34,087 nt of DNA from an uncultured Saprospiraceae bacterium. Lineage in GTDB: Bacteria; Bacteroidota; Bacteroidia; Chitinophagales; Saprospiraceae. The stretch covers positions 1 through 34,087 of the forward strand of contig CAYNYN010000001.1 of assembly GCA_964401445.1 (NCBI GenBank), written 5' to 3'. The translations under genes and the position numbers were made by a program. Below the pieces are notes generated by a model that worked only from the letters and a program-made list of their open reading frames with translations, did no database searches and had not been told where the DNA came from. The stretch's first letter is position 1, and the number at the start of each line of letters is the position of its first letter. Below are positions 18,136 to 27,934 of this stretch, in pieces.

Positions 18136-19488
18136 ATGAAAATCAATTATAGAATCCTGGGACTGATCCTCGCCGTCGTCGGCTTCAGTTCCTGCAAGGA
18201 CTTCCTCGATCTGGCTCCCATCTCCCAGATCGGCGACAACGAGTTCTACTCCAATACCGAAGAGGTGGAAGCTGGCGTCATCGCCATCTACGACGGGCTG
18301 CAGCAAGGGGTGCTGCGCGAGTTCGCCCTGACGGAAATGCGGTCGGACAACACGCGCACCAAGAGCAGCGAAGGCGAATGGGCCCAGTTCGAAACGCTCG
18401 ACGTGCAGGCCACCAACGGTGTCGTGGCCAACTACTGGTCCACCTGGTACAACGTCATCTTCCGCGCCAACACGGTCCTGCAGCACCTCGATGCGGTGGA
18501 CGATGCCACCCTCAAGGCCCAGTTCGAGGGCGAAGCCAAGTTTGCCCGGGCGCTGGCTCACTTCAAGCTGGTGCGCCTCTTTGGCGACATCCCGCTCGTG
18601 GATCGCGTCGTGTACATCGAAGACGAGGAATACTACTCGCGCAAGCCTTCCGACCAGGTGTATGCCTTCATCATCCAGGATCTGGAAGATGCCATCTCGA
18701 AGCTGCCCACCCGCAGCGGCATCGCCGAAGGACGCGCCACCAAGGGCGCTGCCCAGAGCCTGCTGGCCAAGGTGCACCTGACGCTGGGCAACTACAGCGA
18801 GGCACGCACCCTGCTCGAAGCAGTGATGAACAGCGGCGACTACGCGCTGGTGCCCAACTACCGCGACGTGTTCTACGATGAGCTGAACGAAGAGATCATC
18901 TTCGCCATCCAGTACATCGAAGACAACGCCGAAGAGAGCCAGGACTTCTCGCTCGAGTTTACGGCCCTGGGCCGGGCCAGCGGTCTGAACTACATCACCG
19001 ACAACTTCAAGAACTCGGTGGATCCGGCCGACAGCATCCGCGCCGCCGTCCTGTACAACCCGGACAACCCCGCCGAGGTCGGCAAATTCATCGCTTCTTC
19101 CTCCGACGCCACCCTCGCCGGCAACGACTGGATCGTCCTGCGCTATGCCGACGTGCTGCTGATGCATGCCGAAGCGATCCTGGCCGGCAAGGAAAGCACC
19201 AACGACGCCGCAGCGCTGGCCTCCTTCAATGCCGTGCGGGCACGTGCCGGCCTGCCCGAGGTGACCGAGCTGACCAAGGACATGCTGCTGCACGAGCGCC
19301 GCGTGGAGCTGGCGTTCGAAAACCAGCGCTGGTTCGACCTCATCCGCTTCGGCGTGGCCGAGCAGGTCCTTTCGGCCTTTGCCGCGGAAGAAGGGTTCAC
19401 CTTCCAGTCTACCGACCTCTTGCTGCCGATTCCGCAACGCGAAATCAACGTGAGCAAGGGGCTGCTGACGCAAAACCCGGGGTATTGA
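18136..19488 (+). CDS. susD: SusD/RagB-family nutrient-binding lipoprotein
   Basis: 450 aa. Lipoprotein signal LILAVVGFSSC-KD. TPR-like helical sequence and the conserved ERRVELAFENQRWFDLIR motif. Lies immediately downstream of susC. Confidence 0.95.
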   Translation: MKINYRILGLILAVVGFSSCKDFLDLAPISQIGDNEFYSNTEEVEAGVIAIYDGLQQGVLREFALTEMRSDNTRTKSSEGEWAQFETLDVQATNGVVANYWSTWYNVIFRANTVLQHLDAVDDATLKAQFEGEAKFARALAHFKLVRLFGDIPLVDRVVYIEDEEYYSRKPSDQVYAFIIQDLEDAISKLPTRSGIAEGRATKGAAQSLLAKVHLTLGNYSEARTLLEAVMNSGDYALVPNYRDVFYDELNEEIIFAIQYIEDNAEESQDFSLEFTALGRASGLNYITDNFKNSVDPADSIRAAVLYNPDNPAEVGKFIASSSDATLAGNDWIVLRYADVLLMHAEAILAGKESTNDAAALASFNAVRARAGLPEVTELTKDMLLHERRVELAFENQRWFDLIRFGVAEQVLSAFAAEEGFTFQSTDLLLPIPQREINVSKGLLTQNPGY

Positions 19489-19623
19489 CCTTGCCCCGCC
19501 ATCAAGGTACCGACCTGACGTAAGCGGTGCCGGAGGGGCTGTCCCGCAAAGGGCGGCCCCCTTCCGGCCACCCCGCCACACTGCACACGACCATAGTTTC
19601 ATACACTCCTGATGACGAGGGGA

Positions 19624-19670
19624 GCGCAGCGCCTGCCTCCCTGCAGCCGGCTGCGCCCCCTTGTTTTTTT
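19624..19670 (+). terminator. intrinsic terminator/attenuator between susD and downstream locus genes
   Basis: gcgcagc (19624-19630) pairs with gctgcgc (19650-19656), with an inner ctgc/gcag pairing. This is followed by ccccttgTTTTTTT (T run to 19670). Only 19 nt separate it from the next ATG. Confidence 0.6.
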
Positions 19671-19689
19671 CAAACCCACTTTGAAACAC

Positions 19690-20946
19690 ATGCCCTCGAT
19701 CTTCCGGCATATCAGCAGGATGCTCTCGGCCATTGGCCCTGCCTTTTTTGCCATCGGCTATACCATTGGCACGGGCAGCGTCACCACCATGGTCGTGGCC
19801 GGCAGCTCTTTCGGCATGCAGCTCCTCTGGGTGCTCTTGCTGAGCTGCCTGGGCTCATGGGTGCTGATGGAAGCCTACGGTCGCTATGCCCTCGTCACCG
19901 GCGAGACGGCGCTCTATGCTTTCCGCAAACACCTCAGGGGCGGGTGGCTGCTCAGCCTGCTGATCATCGTGGGCATTTCCTTCGGGCAGCTCAACTCGCT
20001 CATCGGCATCCTGGGCATCTCCGCCAATGCCATCTTCGAGCTGATGGCCCTGTACGTGCCCTCGATCAAAGGTTTCGAATACCAGGCCGTGCTGGTGATC
20101 GCCGTGCTCATCATCGGACTGATGTACGGCATTCTGCTGCTCGGCAAATACACGCTCTTCGAGCGCATCCTCATTTTCTTCGTCAGCCTGATGGGCCTTT
20201 CCTTCTTCCTCTCCCTGTTCATCGTCCATCCCCGGCTCGAAGACATTGCCTCCGGGCTCATCCCCTCCATCCCTCAGGTGGAAAATGGCAAGATGCTCAC
20301 GGCCGCTTTCGTGGGTACGACGATGGCGGCAGCCACCTTCGTCTCGCGTCCCCTGTTCATCCAGGGCAAGGGCTGGGGCAAGGAAGACCTGCCCCGCCAG
20401 TTTCGCGACGCCCTCTCGGCAGCCATCCTGATTTTTTGCATCAGCGGCTCCATCATGGCCGTGGCCATGGGCGCGCTGTACTACCGCGGTCTGCCGGTGA
20501 CGCGGGTGCTCGACATGGTGCAAGCCCTCGAGCCCTTTGCCGGAAGGTACGCCGTGGCGATTTTCTTCACGGGCACGCTGGCCGCCGGCCTTTCATCCAT
20601 CTTTCCGATCCTCATGATCACGCCATTGATGATTGCCGACTACGAAAAAGGCCAGCTCGACACCACTTCGACCCGATTCAAGATACTGACGGGCATTGCC
20701 TGCCTGATCGGACTCACCGTCCCCATCCTGGGCAGCAATCCCATTCGCGCACAGATACTTACACAAGTCTTCAACATTTTCGTGCTGCCCGCCGTGGTGG
20801 CCGGCATGGCCATCCTCATCAACCGGTCCGAACTGATGGGCCGGCATCGGGCGGGCATCCTCATGAATATCGGTCTGGCCCTGGCATTCGTCTTTTCCTG
20901 TCTGATATCCTGGACGGGGGCCGTGGCCATCTGGGAAAAACTATAA
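19690..20946 (+). CDS. Nramp-fold (MntH-like) membrane transporter with non-canonical binding-site residues
   Basis: ORF 19612..20946; first ATG at 19690 (MPSIFRHISRML...). GPAFFAIGYTIGTGSVTTMVVAGSSFGMQLLWVLL aligns with the Nramp TM1 region. The protein has many hydrophobic membrane-spanning segments. Confidence 0.8.
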   Translation: MPSIFRHISRMLSAIGPAFFAIGYTIGTGSVTTMVVAGSSFGMQLLWVLLLSCLGSWVLMEAYGRYALVTGETALYAFRKHLRGGWLLSLLIIVGISFGQLNSLIGILGISANAIFELMALYVPSIKGFEYQAVLVIAVLIIGLMYGILLLGKYTLFERILIFFVSLMGLSFFLSLFIVHPRLEDIASGLIPSIPQVENGKMLTAAFVGTTMAAATFVSRPLFIQGKGWGKEDLPRQFRDALSAAILIFCISGSIMAVAMGALYYRGLPVTRVLDMVQALEPFAGRYAVAIFFTGTLAAGLSSIFPILMITPLMIADYEKGQLDTTSTRFKILTGIACLIGLTVPILGSNPIRAQILTQVFNIFVLPAVVAGMAILINRSELMGRHRAGILMNIGLALAFVFSCLISWTGAVAIWEKL

Positions 20947-20957
20947 AAAAACGAACC

Positions 20958-23216
20958 ATGCAAAACCAACGCATTTTATCACCCGACTACCTGACTGCAT
21001 TCGTTGCCCTCATCGCCCTGCTGGGCTCGAGCTGGCTGTTGCTGAGCTGCCAGTCCGACGGCATCGTGGTACACGACGTGGCCGAGTTCAACGAGGCCGT
21101 CGCTTCCGCAAAACCCGGCGACCGCATCGTGCTGGCCAATGGCGTGTGGAAAGACGCCGAGCTGCTCTTCGAGGGCCACGGCACCGCCGATGCCCCCATC
21201 ACGCTGACGGTCGAGGAAAAGGGCAAGGTCACGCTCGAAGGACAGTCCAACCTGCGGCTGGCCGGCGAGTATCTCGTAGTGGAAGGCCTCGTCTTCCGAA
21301 ACGGCTATACCCCCACCAAGGAGGTCATCTCGTTCCGCAAGGACAAAAACACCCTGTGCAACCACTGCCGCGTCACCGAATGCGTCATCGACAACTACAG
21401 CAATCCCGAGCGCATGGAGACCGACTACTGGGTGGGTATCTATGGCAAAAACAACCGCTTCGATCACAACTACCTGACCGGCAAACGCAACCACGGCGTC
21501 ACCCTGGCCGTGCGCCTCAACACCGAGGAGAGCCGCGAGAACCACCACCGCATCGACCACAACTACTTCGGGCACCGGCCCATCCTCGGCGCCAATGGCG
21601 GCGAGACCATCCGCATCGGCACCAGCCACTACTCGCTGACCAACTCGAACACCGTGGTCGAGTACAACTACTTCGACCGCTGCAATGGCGAGCACGAGAT
21701 CATCTCCAACAAGTCGTGCCAGAACATCTACCGCTACAACACCTTCTACGAGTGCCAGGGCACGCTGACCATGCGCCACGGCAACGAGACGCTCGTCGAA
21801 AGCAACTACTTCTTCGGCAACCGCAAGGCCAACACCGGCGGCATCCGCATCATCAACGAAAAGCAGAAGGTCGTCAACAACTACTGCGAAGGCCTGACGG
21901 GCTACCGCTTCCGCGGGGCCCTGGTCATCATGAACGGCGTGCCCAACTCGCCCCTCAACCGCTACTTCCAGGTCAAGGACTCGGAAGCGTCGAACAACAC
22001 CTTCATCAACTGCGACCACATCCAGCTCTGTGCCGGCGCCGACGAGGAACGCTCGGCCCCGCCCGTCAACACACTGGTAGCCAACAACATCTTCTACAAC
22101 GAGGCGCGCGACAGCCTCTTCACGGTGTACGACGACATCAGCGGCATCACCTTCCAGAACAACCTCATCAGCCCCAATGTCATCCCGCCCACGCGGCGGG
22201 GTTTCGACAAGGCGCGGCTCGAGTTCGTGCGCGACCCCGCCTCGGGCGTGCTGGTGCCCCAGGGCAAAAAGGCCGAGGGCCGCGGCATGCTCGAGATCAC
22301 CGAGCGCGCCACACCCGATAACACGGGCGTCAAATGGTACCCGCGCCGCGAGGAAGAGGTGCGCTTCGGCACCGGCCAGACGCGCCAGGTGGCACCCGGC
22401 ATCAACACCCTCTTCGACGCCGTGGCCGCCTCACAGCCGGGCGACGTGCTGGTGCTGGCGCCAGGCACCTACCTCACCACCAAAACCATCACCCTCACCC
22501 ACCCGCTCACCATCATGGCTGAAGGGGAAAAGCCGGTGCTGCAGTACGAGAAGAATGCCCTGTTCGTCATCGAAAACGGTGGCAGCCTTGCGCTCAGGGG
22601 GCTCGTGGTCGACGGCGCCGAGTGCCCCGACGCGCCGGGCAACGTGGTCATCCGCACCAGCCGCTACTCGATGAACCGCAACTACAAGCTCTTCATCGAA
22701 GACTGCGATTTCCGCAAGCTGGACGTCAACCACAGCTTCGACGTGTTCCGCGTGGCCAAAAGCACTTTCGCCGACTCGGTCGTCGTGCGCAACTCGTCCT
22801 TCGAGGCGGTCAGCGGCAACGTGCTCGTACTCGACAAGGAAACCGACGACCTGGGCATCTACAACGCCGAGAACGTGGTCATCGAAGATTGCCGCTTTGC
22901 CCACATCGGCGGCACGGCGCTGAGCCTCTACCGCGGCGGCAACGACGAGAGCACCTTCGGCCCCATGCTCGTGGTGGCCCGCAGCACGTTCGAAGACGTG
23001 GGCAATGGCAAACGCAACCGCTACGATGCGTCCATCATGCTGCACGGCGTGCAGGTCATCCGCGTGCACGACTGCACCTTCACCGACAGCCGTCCCGTGC
23101 GCATGCACCTCGTAGTGGGTGAACCCATCACCGACTTCCGCAACTGCCGCTTCATCCGCACGCCACCAGTCGTTTCGAACCTGCCTTTCCACGCCGAAAA
23201 CGTCCTGCTACAATGA
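20958..23216 (+). CDS. two-module PL6-family alginate (polyuronate) lyase, lipoprotein
   Basis: The internal ATG at 20958 of ORF 19527..23216 gives MQNQRILSPDYLTAFVALIALLGSSWLLLSC-QSDG. Right-handed beta-helix sequence with ANGGETIRIG and NGEHEIISNKS...TLTMRHG. The E-x-E, Lys and Arg spacing (5 and 21 residues) matches the Ca-site and catalytic Lys/Arg of chondroitinase B-type PL6 enzymes as I recall them. The C-terminal ~350 aa is a second beta-helix module whose start (SQPGDVLVLAPGTY) echoes the N-terminal start (AKPGDRIVLANGVW). Confidence 0.85.
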   Translation: MQNQRILSPDYLTAFVALIALLGSSWLLLSCQSDGIVVHDVAEFNEAVASAKPGDRIVLANGVWKDAELLFEGHGTADAPITLTVEEKGKVTLEGQSNLRLAGEYLVVEGLVFRNGYTPTKEVISFRKDKNTLCNHCRVTECVIDNYSNPERMETDYWVGIYGKNNRFDHNYLTGKRNHGVTLAVRLNTEESRENHHRIDHNYFGHRPILGANGGETIRIGTSHYSLTNSNTVVEYNYFDRCNGEHEIISNKSCQNIYRYNTFYECQGTLTMRHGNETLVESNYFFGNRKANTGGIRIINEKQKVVNNYCEGLTGYRFRGALVIMNGVPNSPLNRYFQVKDSEASNNTFINCDHIQLCAGADEERSAPPVNTLVANNIFYNEARDSLFTVYDDISGITFQNNLISPNVIPPTRRGFDKARLEFVRDPASGVLVPQGKKAEGRGMLEITERATPDNTGVKWYPRREEEVRFGTGQTRQVAPGINTLFDAVAASQPGDVLVLAPGTYLTTKTITLTHPLTIMAEGEKPVLQYEKNALFVIENGGSLALRGLVVDGAECPDAPGNVVIRTSRYSMNRNYKLFIEDCDFRKLDVNHSFDVFRVAKSTFADSVVVRNSSFEAVSGNVLVLDKETDDLGIYNAENVVIEDCRFAHIGGTALSLYRGGNDESTFGPMLVVARSTFEDVGNGKRNRYDASIMLHGVQVIRVHDCTFTDSRPVRMHLVVGEPITDFRNCRFIRTPPVVSNLPFHAENVLLQ

Positions 23217-25483
23217 GGCATGCACGAAAAACATACTGCTGTGTGGCAGCCCTCGTGGCGCTGAGCTGGCTCCTGCCGGTGCTGCACGCCCAGGCCCAGC
23301 ACCCGCGCCTCACGCTCACGCAGGAAGAGGTCGCGTGGATCCGCGCCCAGCTGGGGCATGCTCCGCTTTTCGATCGGCAGATCGCCGGCCTGCGCGCCGA
23401 GCTGGACGCCGCCATCGAAGAAGAGGGCATCCAGGTGCCCGTGCCCCGCGACATGGCGGGCGGCTACACGCACGAGCGCCACAAGCGCAATTTTTTCCTC
23501 ATGCAAAAAGCCGGCAACCTGTACCAGATCACCGGCGAGGAGCGCTATGCCGAGTACGTGCGTCAGATGCTGCTGGCTTACGCCAAACTGTACCCTACGC
23601 TCGGCCTGCACCCCACGCACCGCTCCTATGCCACGGGCAAAATATTCTGGCAGTGCCTCAACGATGCCAACTGGCTGGTCTATGTCAGCCAGGCCTACGA
23701 TTGCATCTACGATTACCTGCCGGCCGAGGAGCGGGCGCTGCTCGAGCGCGACCTGTTCCGCCCCATGGCTGATTTCCTTTCGGTAGAAAACCCGCAGTTT
23801 TTCAACCGGATCCACAACCACAGCACCTGGGGCAACGCCGCCGTGGGCATGATCGGGCTGGTGATGGGCGATGACGAGCTCGTACAGCGCGCCCTCTACG
23901 GCCTCGAATGGGACGACATCCCCGCCGACATGCGCGACAACGACGGCGGCTTCATCCGGCAGGAAGGCCAGTACCGCGCCGGCTTCCTGGCCCAGCTCGA
24001 CTACTCGTTCTCGCCCGACGGCTATTTCACCGAAGGGCCCTACTACCTGCGCTATGCCATCTTCCCCTTCCTGGTATTCGCGCGCGCCCTCGACAACCAC
24101 CGGCCCGAGCTGGACATCTTCGGCTACCGCGACAGCATCCTGACCAAGGCCGTCTATGCCCTGCTCAACCTGACCGACGCACAGGGACGCTTTTTCCCCA
24201 TCAACGATGCGCAGAAAGGCATGTCGTGGCAGGCCCGCGAAGTGGTCACCGCCGTAGACGTGCTCTACGCCCGGAACGAAGACCCGGGCCTGCTCTCCAT
24301 TGCCCGCCTGCAGGGGCGCGTCCTGCCCGATGCCGCCGGCCTGAAGGTGGCCTTGGGGCTGGAGCAGGGCCTGGACCGCCCCTTCGTGCGGCGCTCGATG
24401 ATGTGGCACGACGGCCCCGACGGCAAGCATGGGGGGCTGGCCGTGCTGCGCAGCCAACGGGAGGAAGGCATCAGCCTGGTGCTCAAGTACACCGCCCACG
24501 GCATGGGGCACGGCCACTTCGACCGCCTGTCGTGCTCCCTCTACGACGAGACGGGGGAAGTGCTGCAGGACTACGGCGCAGCCCGCTGGGTCAACATCGA
24601 CCAGAAAGGCGGAGGACGCTACCTGCCGGAAAACCAGACCTGGGCCAAACAGACCATCGCCCACAACACCGTCGTGGTGGACCGGCACACCCAATGCGAA
24701 GGCAAGGTGAAGATTGCCGAAAAATCGCACCCCGACTTCTACTGCTTTCGCAGCGGCACCGACGGCATCCAGGCCGCAGGCGCCACCGACACGGCCGCAT
24801 GGCCGGGCGTGCACCTGCAACGCATTATGATCCTGATCGAGCACGAAGCGCTGCCCCACCCGCTGGTCGTCGACCTTTTCCGCGCAAGCGGGAAGGGAAA
24901 CCACACCTTCGACCTGCCCTACTGGTTTCAGGGGCACCTGCTGACCACCAGCTTCCCCTACGAGGCGGCCACCACGCGCCTGCTGCCCGCCGGCACGAGC
25001 GCCGGCTACCAGCACCTGTGGGTGGAAGCGCAGGCAGCCGTACACGACAGCCTGCTGCAACTGCAGTGGTTTGGCAACGGCAAATTCTACACCCTCACCA
25101 CGCTGGCCGCACCGGGCGACTCGGCTCTCTTCGTGCGCACCGGCGCCATGGATCCCGAGTTCAACCTGCGGCGCGATCCGGCCTTCGTGCTCAGAAAAAA
25201 CGACCAGAAGGAAGCCCTCTTCGCGTCGGTGCTGGAGCTGCATGGGGCCTACAACCCCGCCGCCGAGATCCCCGAATCGCCTTTCGGCATCGTGGGCGGC
25301 TTGCGCATCCTGCAACGCACGGCCGACTACCTGGTGCTGGAGGTGCAGACCCGAGGCGACCAACGCCTGCGCCTCTTCGTGGCCCTCGGTGAGGGCGACA
25401 ATGACGCCTTCCACAGCCTCGTGCTCGATGGCGCGCAAGTACGATGGAAAGGACCTGTTGAAATAAAATTCACAAAACCATGA
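23213..25483 (+). CDS. PL17-family oligoalginate lyase (alginate lyase N-domain plus heparinase II/III-like C-domain)
   Basis: 756 aa with a signal peptide. GGYTHERHKRNFF, LLLAYAKLYPTLG, IFWQCLNDANWLVYVSQAYD, NRIHNHSTWGNAAVG, FSPDGYFTEGPYYLRYA, GMGHGHFDRL and NQTWAKQTIAHNTVVV closely parallel the Alg17C-type exolytic lyases as I recall them. The ATGA start/stop overlaps the PL6 gene. Confidence 0.9.
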   Translation: MRHARKTYCCVAALVALSWLLPVLHAQAQHPRLTLTQEEVAWIRAQLGHAPLFDRQIAGLRAELDAAIEEEGIQVPVPRDMAGGYTHERHKRNFFLMQKAGNLYQITGEERYAEYVRQMLLAYAKLYPTLGLHPTHRSYATGKIFWQCLNDANWLVYVSQAYDCIYDYLPAEERALLERDLFRPMADFLSVENPQFFNRIHNHSTWGNAAVGMIGLVMGDDELVQRALYGLEWDDIPADMRDNDGGFIRQEGQYRAGFLAQLDYSFSPDGYFTEGPYYLRYAIFPFLVFARALDNHRPELDIFGYRDSILTKAVYALLNLTDAQGRFFPINDAQKGMSWQAREVVTAVDVLYARNEDPGLLSIARLQGRVLPDAAGLKVALGLEQGLDRPFVRRSMMWHDGPDGKHGGLAVLRSQREEGISLVLKYTAHGMGHGHFDRLSCSLYDETGEVLQDYGAARWVNIDQKGGGRYLPENQTWAKQTIAHNTVVVDRHTQCEGKVKIAEKSHPDFYCFRSGTDGIQAAGATDTAAWPGVHLQRIMILIEHEALPHPLVVDLFRASGKGNHTFDLPYWFQGHLLTTSFPYEAATTRLLPAGTSAGYQHLWVEAQAAVHDSLLQLQWFGNGKFYTLTTLAAPGDSALFVRTGAMDPEFNLRRDPAFVLRKNDQKEALFASVLELHGAYNPAAEIPESPFGIVGGLRILQRTADYLVLEVQTRGDQRLRLFVALGEGDNDAFHSLVLDGAQVRWKGPVEIKFTKP

Positions 25484-25836
25484 GTGACAAACTGCAAAGT
25501 GAACGATTCATCCACGGCGAGGAAGTGCCGTGGGAAGAGGTGGCGCCCGGCATGAAGCGCCAGATCATGGGCTACGACGACCGCATCATGCTGGTCAAGG
25601 TGGCATTCAAAGCCGGCGCCGTGGGCGAGCTGCACGAACACCACCATTCGCAGGTGACCTACGTGGAAAGCGGCAAGTTCGAGCTGACCATCGGCGACGA
25701 AAAACGCGTGCTCAAAGGGGGCGACGCCTTTTACATCCCGCCCCACACCCTGCACGGCTGCGTATGCCTCGAGGACGGCGTGCTGATCGACGTGTTCAGC
25801 CCGCACAGAGAAGATTTCCTGAACCAACCAGAATAA
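25480..25836 (+). CDS. kdgF: KdgF-like cupin (unsaturated uronate linearisation)
   Basis: 118 aa single cupin barrel (GELHEHHHSQVTYVESGKFEL...FYIPPHTLHG). Overlaps the PL17 stop (ATGA). Its position matches canonical alginate/pectin loci. Confidence 0.8.
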   Translation: MSDKLQSERFIHGEEVPWEEVAPGMKRQIMGYDDRIMLVKVAFKAGAVGELHEHHHSQVTYVESGKFELTIGDEKRVLKGGDAFYIPPHTLHGCVCLEDGVLIDVFSPHREDFLNQPE

Positions 25837-25844
25837 CAAAAACA

Positions 25845-27134
25845 ATGAAAATCAAAGGACTGAGATGGTGGATCGTGGCGCTGGTTGGTCTGGCTACCGT
25901 GATCAACTACATCGACCGCAATGCGCTGGGCATCCTCTGGCCGGCCATCTGGAAGGACCTGGGTCTGGAAGAAGAGATGGCCAAGCATGCCTATGCCACG
26001 CTTTCTACCCTGTTCCTGATCGCATATGCCTTCAGCAAGGGCCTCATGGGCCGCGTGTTCGACATCGTCGGCACCCGCATGGGCTTCGTCATCACCATAC
26101 TGATATGGTCCATCTCGGCTGCGGCGCATGGCCTGGCACGAGGCATCGCCAGCCTGGGGTTTTTCCGCACGCTGCTGGCCATCGGTGAAGCGGGCAACTG
26201 GCCCGGCGCCACCAAGGCCAATGCCGAGTGGTTCCCCATCAAGGAACGCGCCCTGGCACAGGGCATCTTCAACACGGGCGCCAGCGTGGGCGCCATCATT
26301 TCCGCCCCGCTCGTGGCCACGGTCTATGCCCTCGTCGGGTGGAAGATGACCTTCATCCTGCTGGGCTGCCTGGGCCTTCTGTGGATCATCCCATGGCTGT
26401 GGCTGCACCGCGGCACGCCCGACAACAACCCCTTCCTCACCGAGGAAGAGCGGAAATACATCCTCGAGGGCTCCGTGCCCGAAGGCACGCCTGCCGATGC
26501 CGCCGAAGACGACCACAGCCTCTCGTGGGGCGAGCTGCTGCGCTACCGACAGAGCTGGGCCGTACTCGTATCGCGCTTCATGCTCGACCCCATCTGGTGG
26601 CTGTTCGTCATCTGGCTGCCCATCTACCTCAACGACGCCTTCGGCTTCAACATCAAGGAGATCGGCTATTTCGCGTGGGTGCCCTACGTGGGGGCCGCCC
26701 TGGGCAGCATCTTCGGCGGCTGGTGGGCCCGCCAGATCATCCAGAAAGGCCTGGGCGTGGATGTGGCCCGCAAGCGGGTCATTGCCGCCTCGGGCTTGCT
26801 CATGCTGGCCGGACTGATCGGTGGCGCCTATGCCGCCGAACCCGTACTGGCCGTGCTGCTCATCGCCCTGGTGCTCTTCGGGTTCCAGATGGCCATCGGC
26901 AACATACAGACCCTGCCCAGCGACTTTTTCTCGGGCAAGTCGGTGGGCACGCTGGCCGGCCTGGGCGGCACCACGGCGGCCCTGGGCTCCATCCTGTTGT
27001 CCACGTATCTCATCCCCTGGCTTTCGCAAATAAGCTATTGGCCGGTCTTCATCCTCGGCGCCATCCTGGTGCCGCTGGGCGTGGGGGCCATCTTCTTGCT
27101 CGGTGGAAAGATCGAAAGAGTGAAAATCAAGTAG
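25845..27134 (+). CDS. MFS transporter, hexuronate (ExuT)-like permease
   Basis: The internal ATG at 25845 of ORF 25530..27134 gives MKIKGLRWWIVALVGLATVINYIDRNALGILWP. About 12 hydrophobic helices. Typical anion:cation symporter N-terminus. Confidence 0.85.
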   Translation: MKIKGLRWWIVALVGLATVINYIDRNALGILWPAIWKDLGLEEEMAKHAYATLSTLFLIAYAFSKGLMGRVFDIVGTRMGFVITILIWSISAAAHGLARGIASLGFFRTLLAIGEAGNWPGATKANAEWFPIKERALAQGIFNTGASVGAIISAPLVATVYALVGWKMTFILLGCLGLLWIIPWLWLHRGTPDNNPFLTEEERKYILEGSVPEGTPADAAEDDHSLSWGELLRYRQSWAVLVSRFMLDPIWWLFVIWLPIYLNDAFGFNIKEIGYFAWVPYVGAALGSIFGGWWARQIIQKGLGVDVARKRVIAASGLLMLAGLIGGAYAAEPVLAVLLIALVLFGFQMAIGNIQTLPSDFFSGKSVGTLAGLGGTTAALGSILLSTYLIPWLSQISYWPVFILGAILVPLGVGAIFLLGGKIERVKIK

Positions 27135-27161
27135 CATTTCAAAAATCAAAACAAATTAAAT

Positions 27162-27914
27162 ATGAATTTCAGTGGAAAAACGGCCATCGTTACGGGTGGC
27201 GGCAGAGACATCGGAAGGGCCATCTCCATTCGCCTGGCAGAAGGCGGCGCCAACGTTGTGATCAACTATTTCAATAACCCGGCCCCCGCAGAAGAGACCC
27301 TGCGCATCATCCGCGAAAAGGGCGGTCAGGCCATCGCCGTAAAAGCCGACCTGACGCAGTGGGACGAGTGCTTCCGCCTGGTCGACGAAGCGCGCAAGGC
27401 TTTCGGTCCCCACATCCATATCCTCGTCAACAACGCCGGCGGTCTGGTAGCGCGCAAAAAGCTGCTCGAGATGGACGAGCAGTTCTGGGACTACGTCATG
27501 GCCCTGAACCTCAAGTCGGTATTCATGATGCACAGAGCCGTCATCGAGCACATGCCCAAAGGCGGCAGCATCGTCAATATCGCCTCGCAGGCCGGCCGCG
27601 ACGGCGGCGGTGGGGGCGCCTCGGCCTACGCCACCTCCAAAGGGGGCGTGATGACCTTCACCCGCGCCATGGCCAAGGAGCTCGGCCCGCAGGGCATCCG
27701 CGTCAATGCGGTGTGTCCCGGCCTGATCGGCACCACCTTCCACGACACCTTCACACCCGACGAGGTGCGCAAGATGGTGGTCGAAAAAACGCCGCTGCGC
27801 CGCGAAGGCCGACCCGAAGACGTGGCCAACGTCGTGGCCTGCCTGGCCTCGGAAGAAGCCGACTTCATCACCGGTGCCAACATCGACATCAACGGTGGCC
27901 TGGCATTTTCCTAA
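27162..27914 (+). CDS. SDR-family oxidoreductase, probable 4-deoxy-L-erythro-5-hexoseulose uronate (DEH) reductase
   Basis: 250 aa. TGGGRDIGRA cofactor motif, NNAGG, and the SAYATSKGG Y-x-x-x-K catalytic motif. The specific substrate is inferred from locus context only. Confidence 0.8.
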   Translation: MNFSGKTAIVTGGGRDIGRAISIRLAEGGANVVINYFNNPAPAEETLRIIREKGGQAIAVKADLTQWDECFRLVDEARKAFGPHIHILVNNAGGLVARKKLLEMDEQFWDYVMALNLKSVFMMHRAVIEHMPKGGSIVNIASQAGRDGGGGGASAYATSKGGVMTFTRAMAKELGPQGIRVNAVCPGLIGTTFHDTFTPDEVRKMVVEKTPLRREGRPEDVANVVACLASEEADFITGANIDINGGLAFS

Positions 27915-27934
27915 CCTGAAACAGTTCCATACTC

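Noticed and set aside
19527-23216. 1229-aa ORF apparently fusing the region upstream of and across the Nramp-like gene to the PL6 lyase.
   Set aside because: The first 477 codons overlap the Nramp-like gene in another frame and translate to Pro/Arg/His-rich nonsense. A clean lipoprotein signal peptide begins at the internal ATG at 20958, so only 20958..23216 is called.
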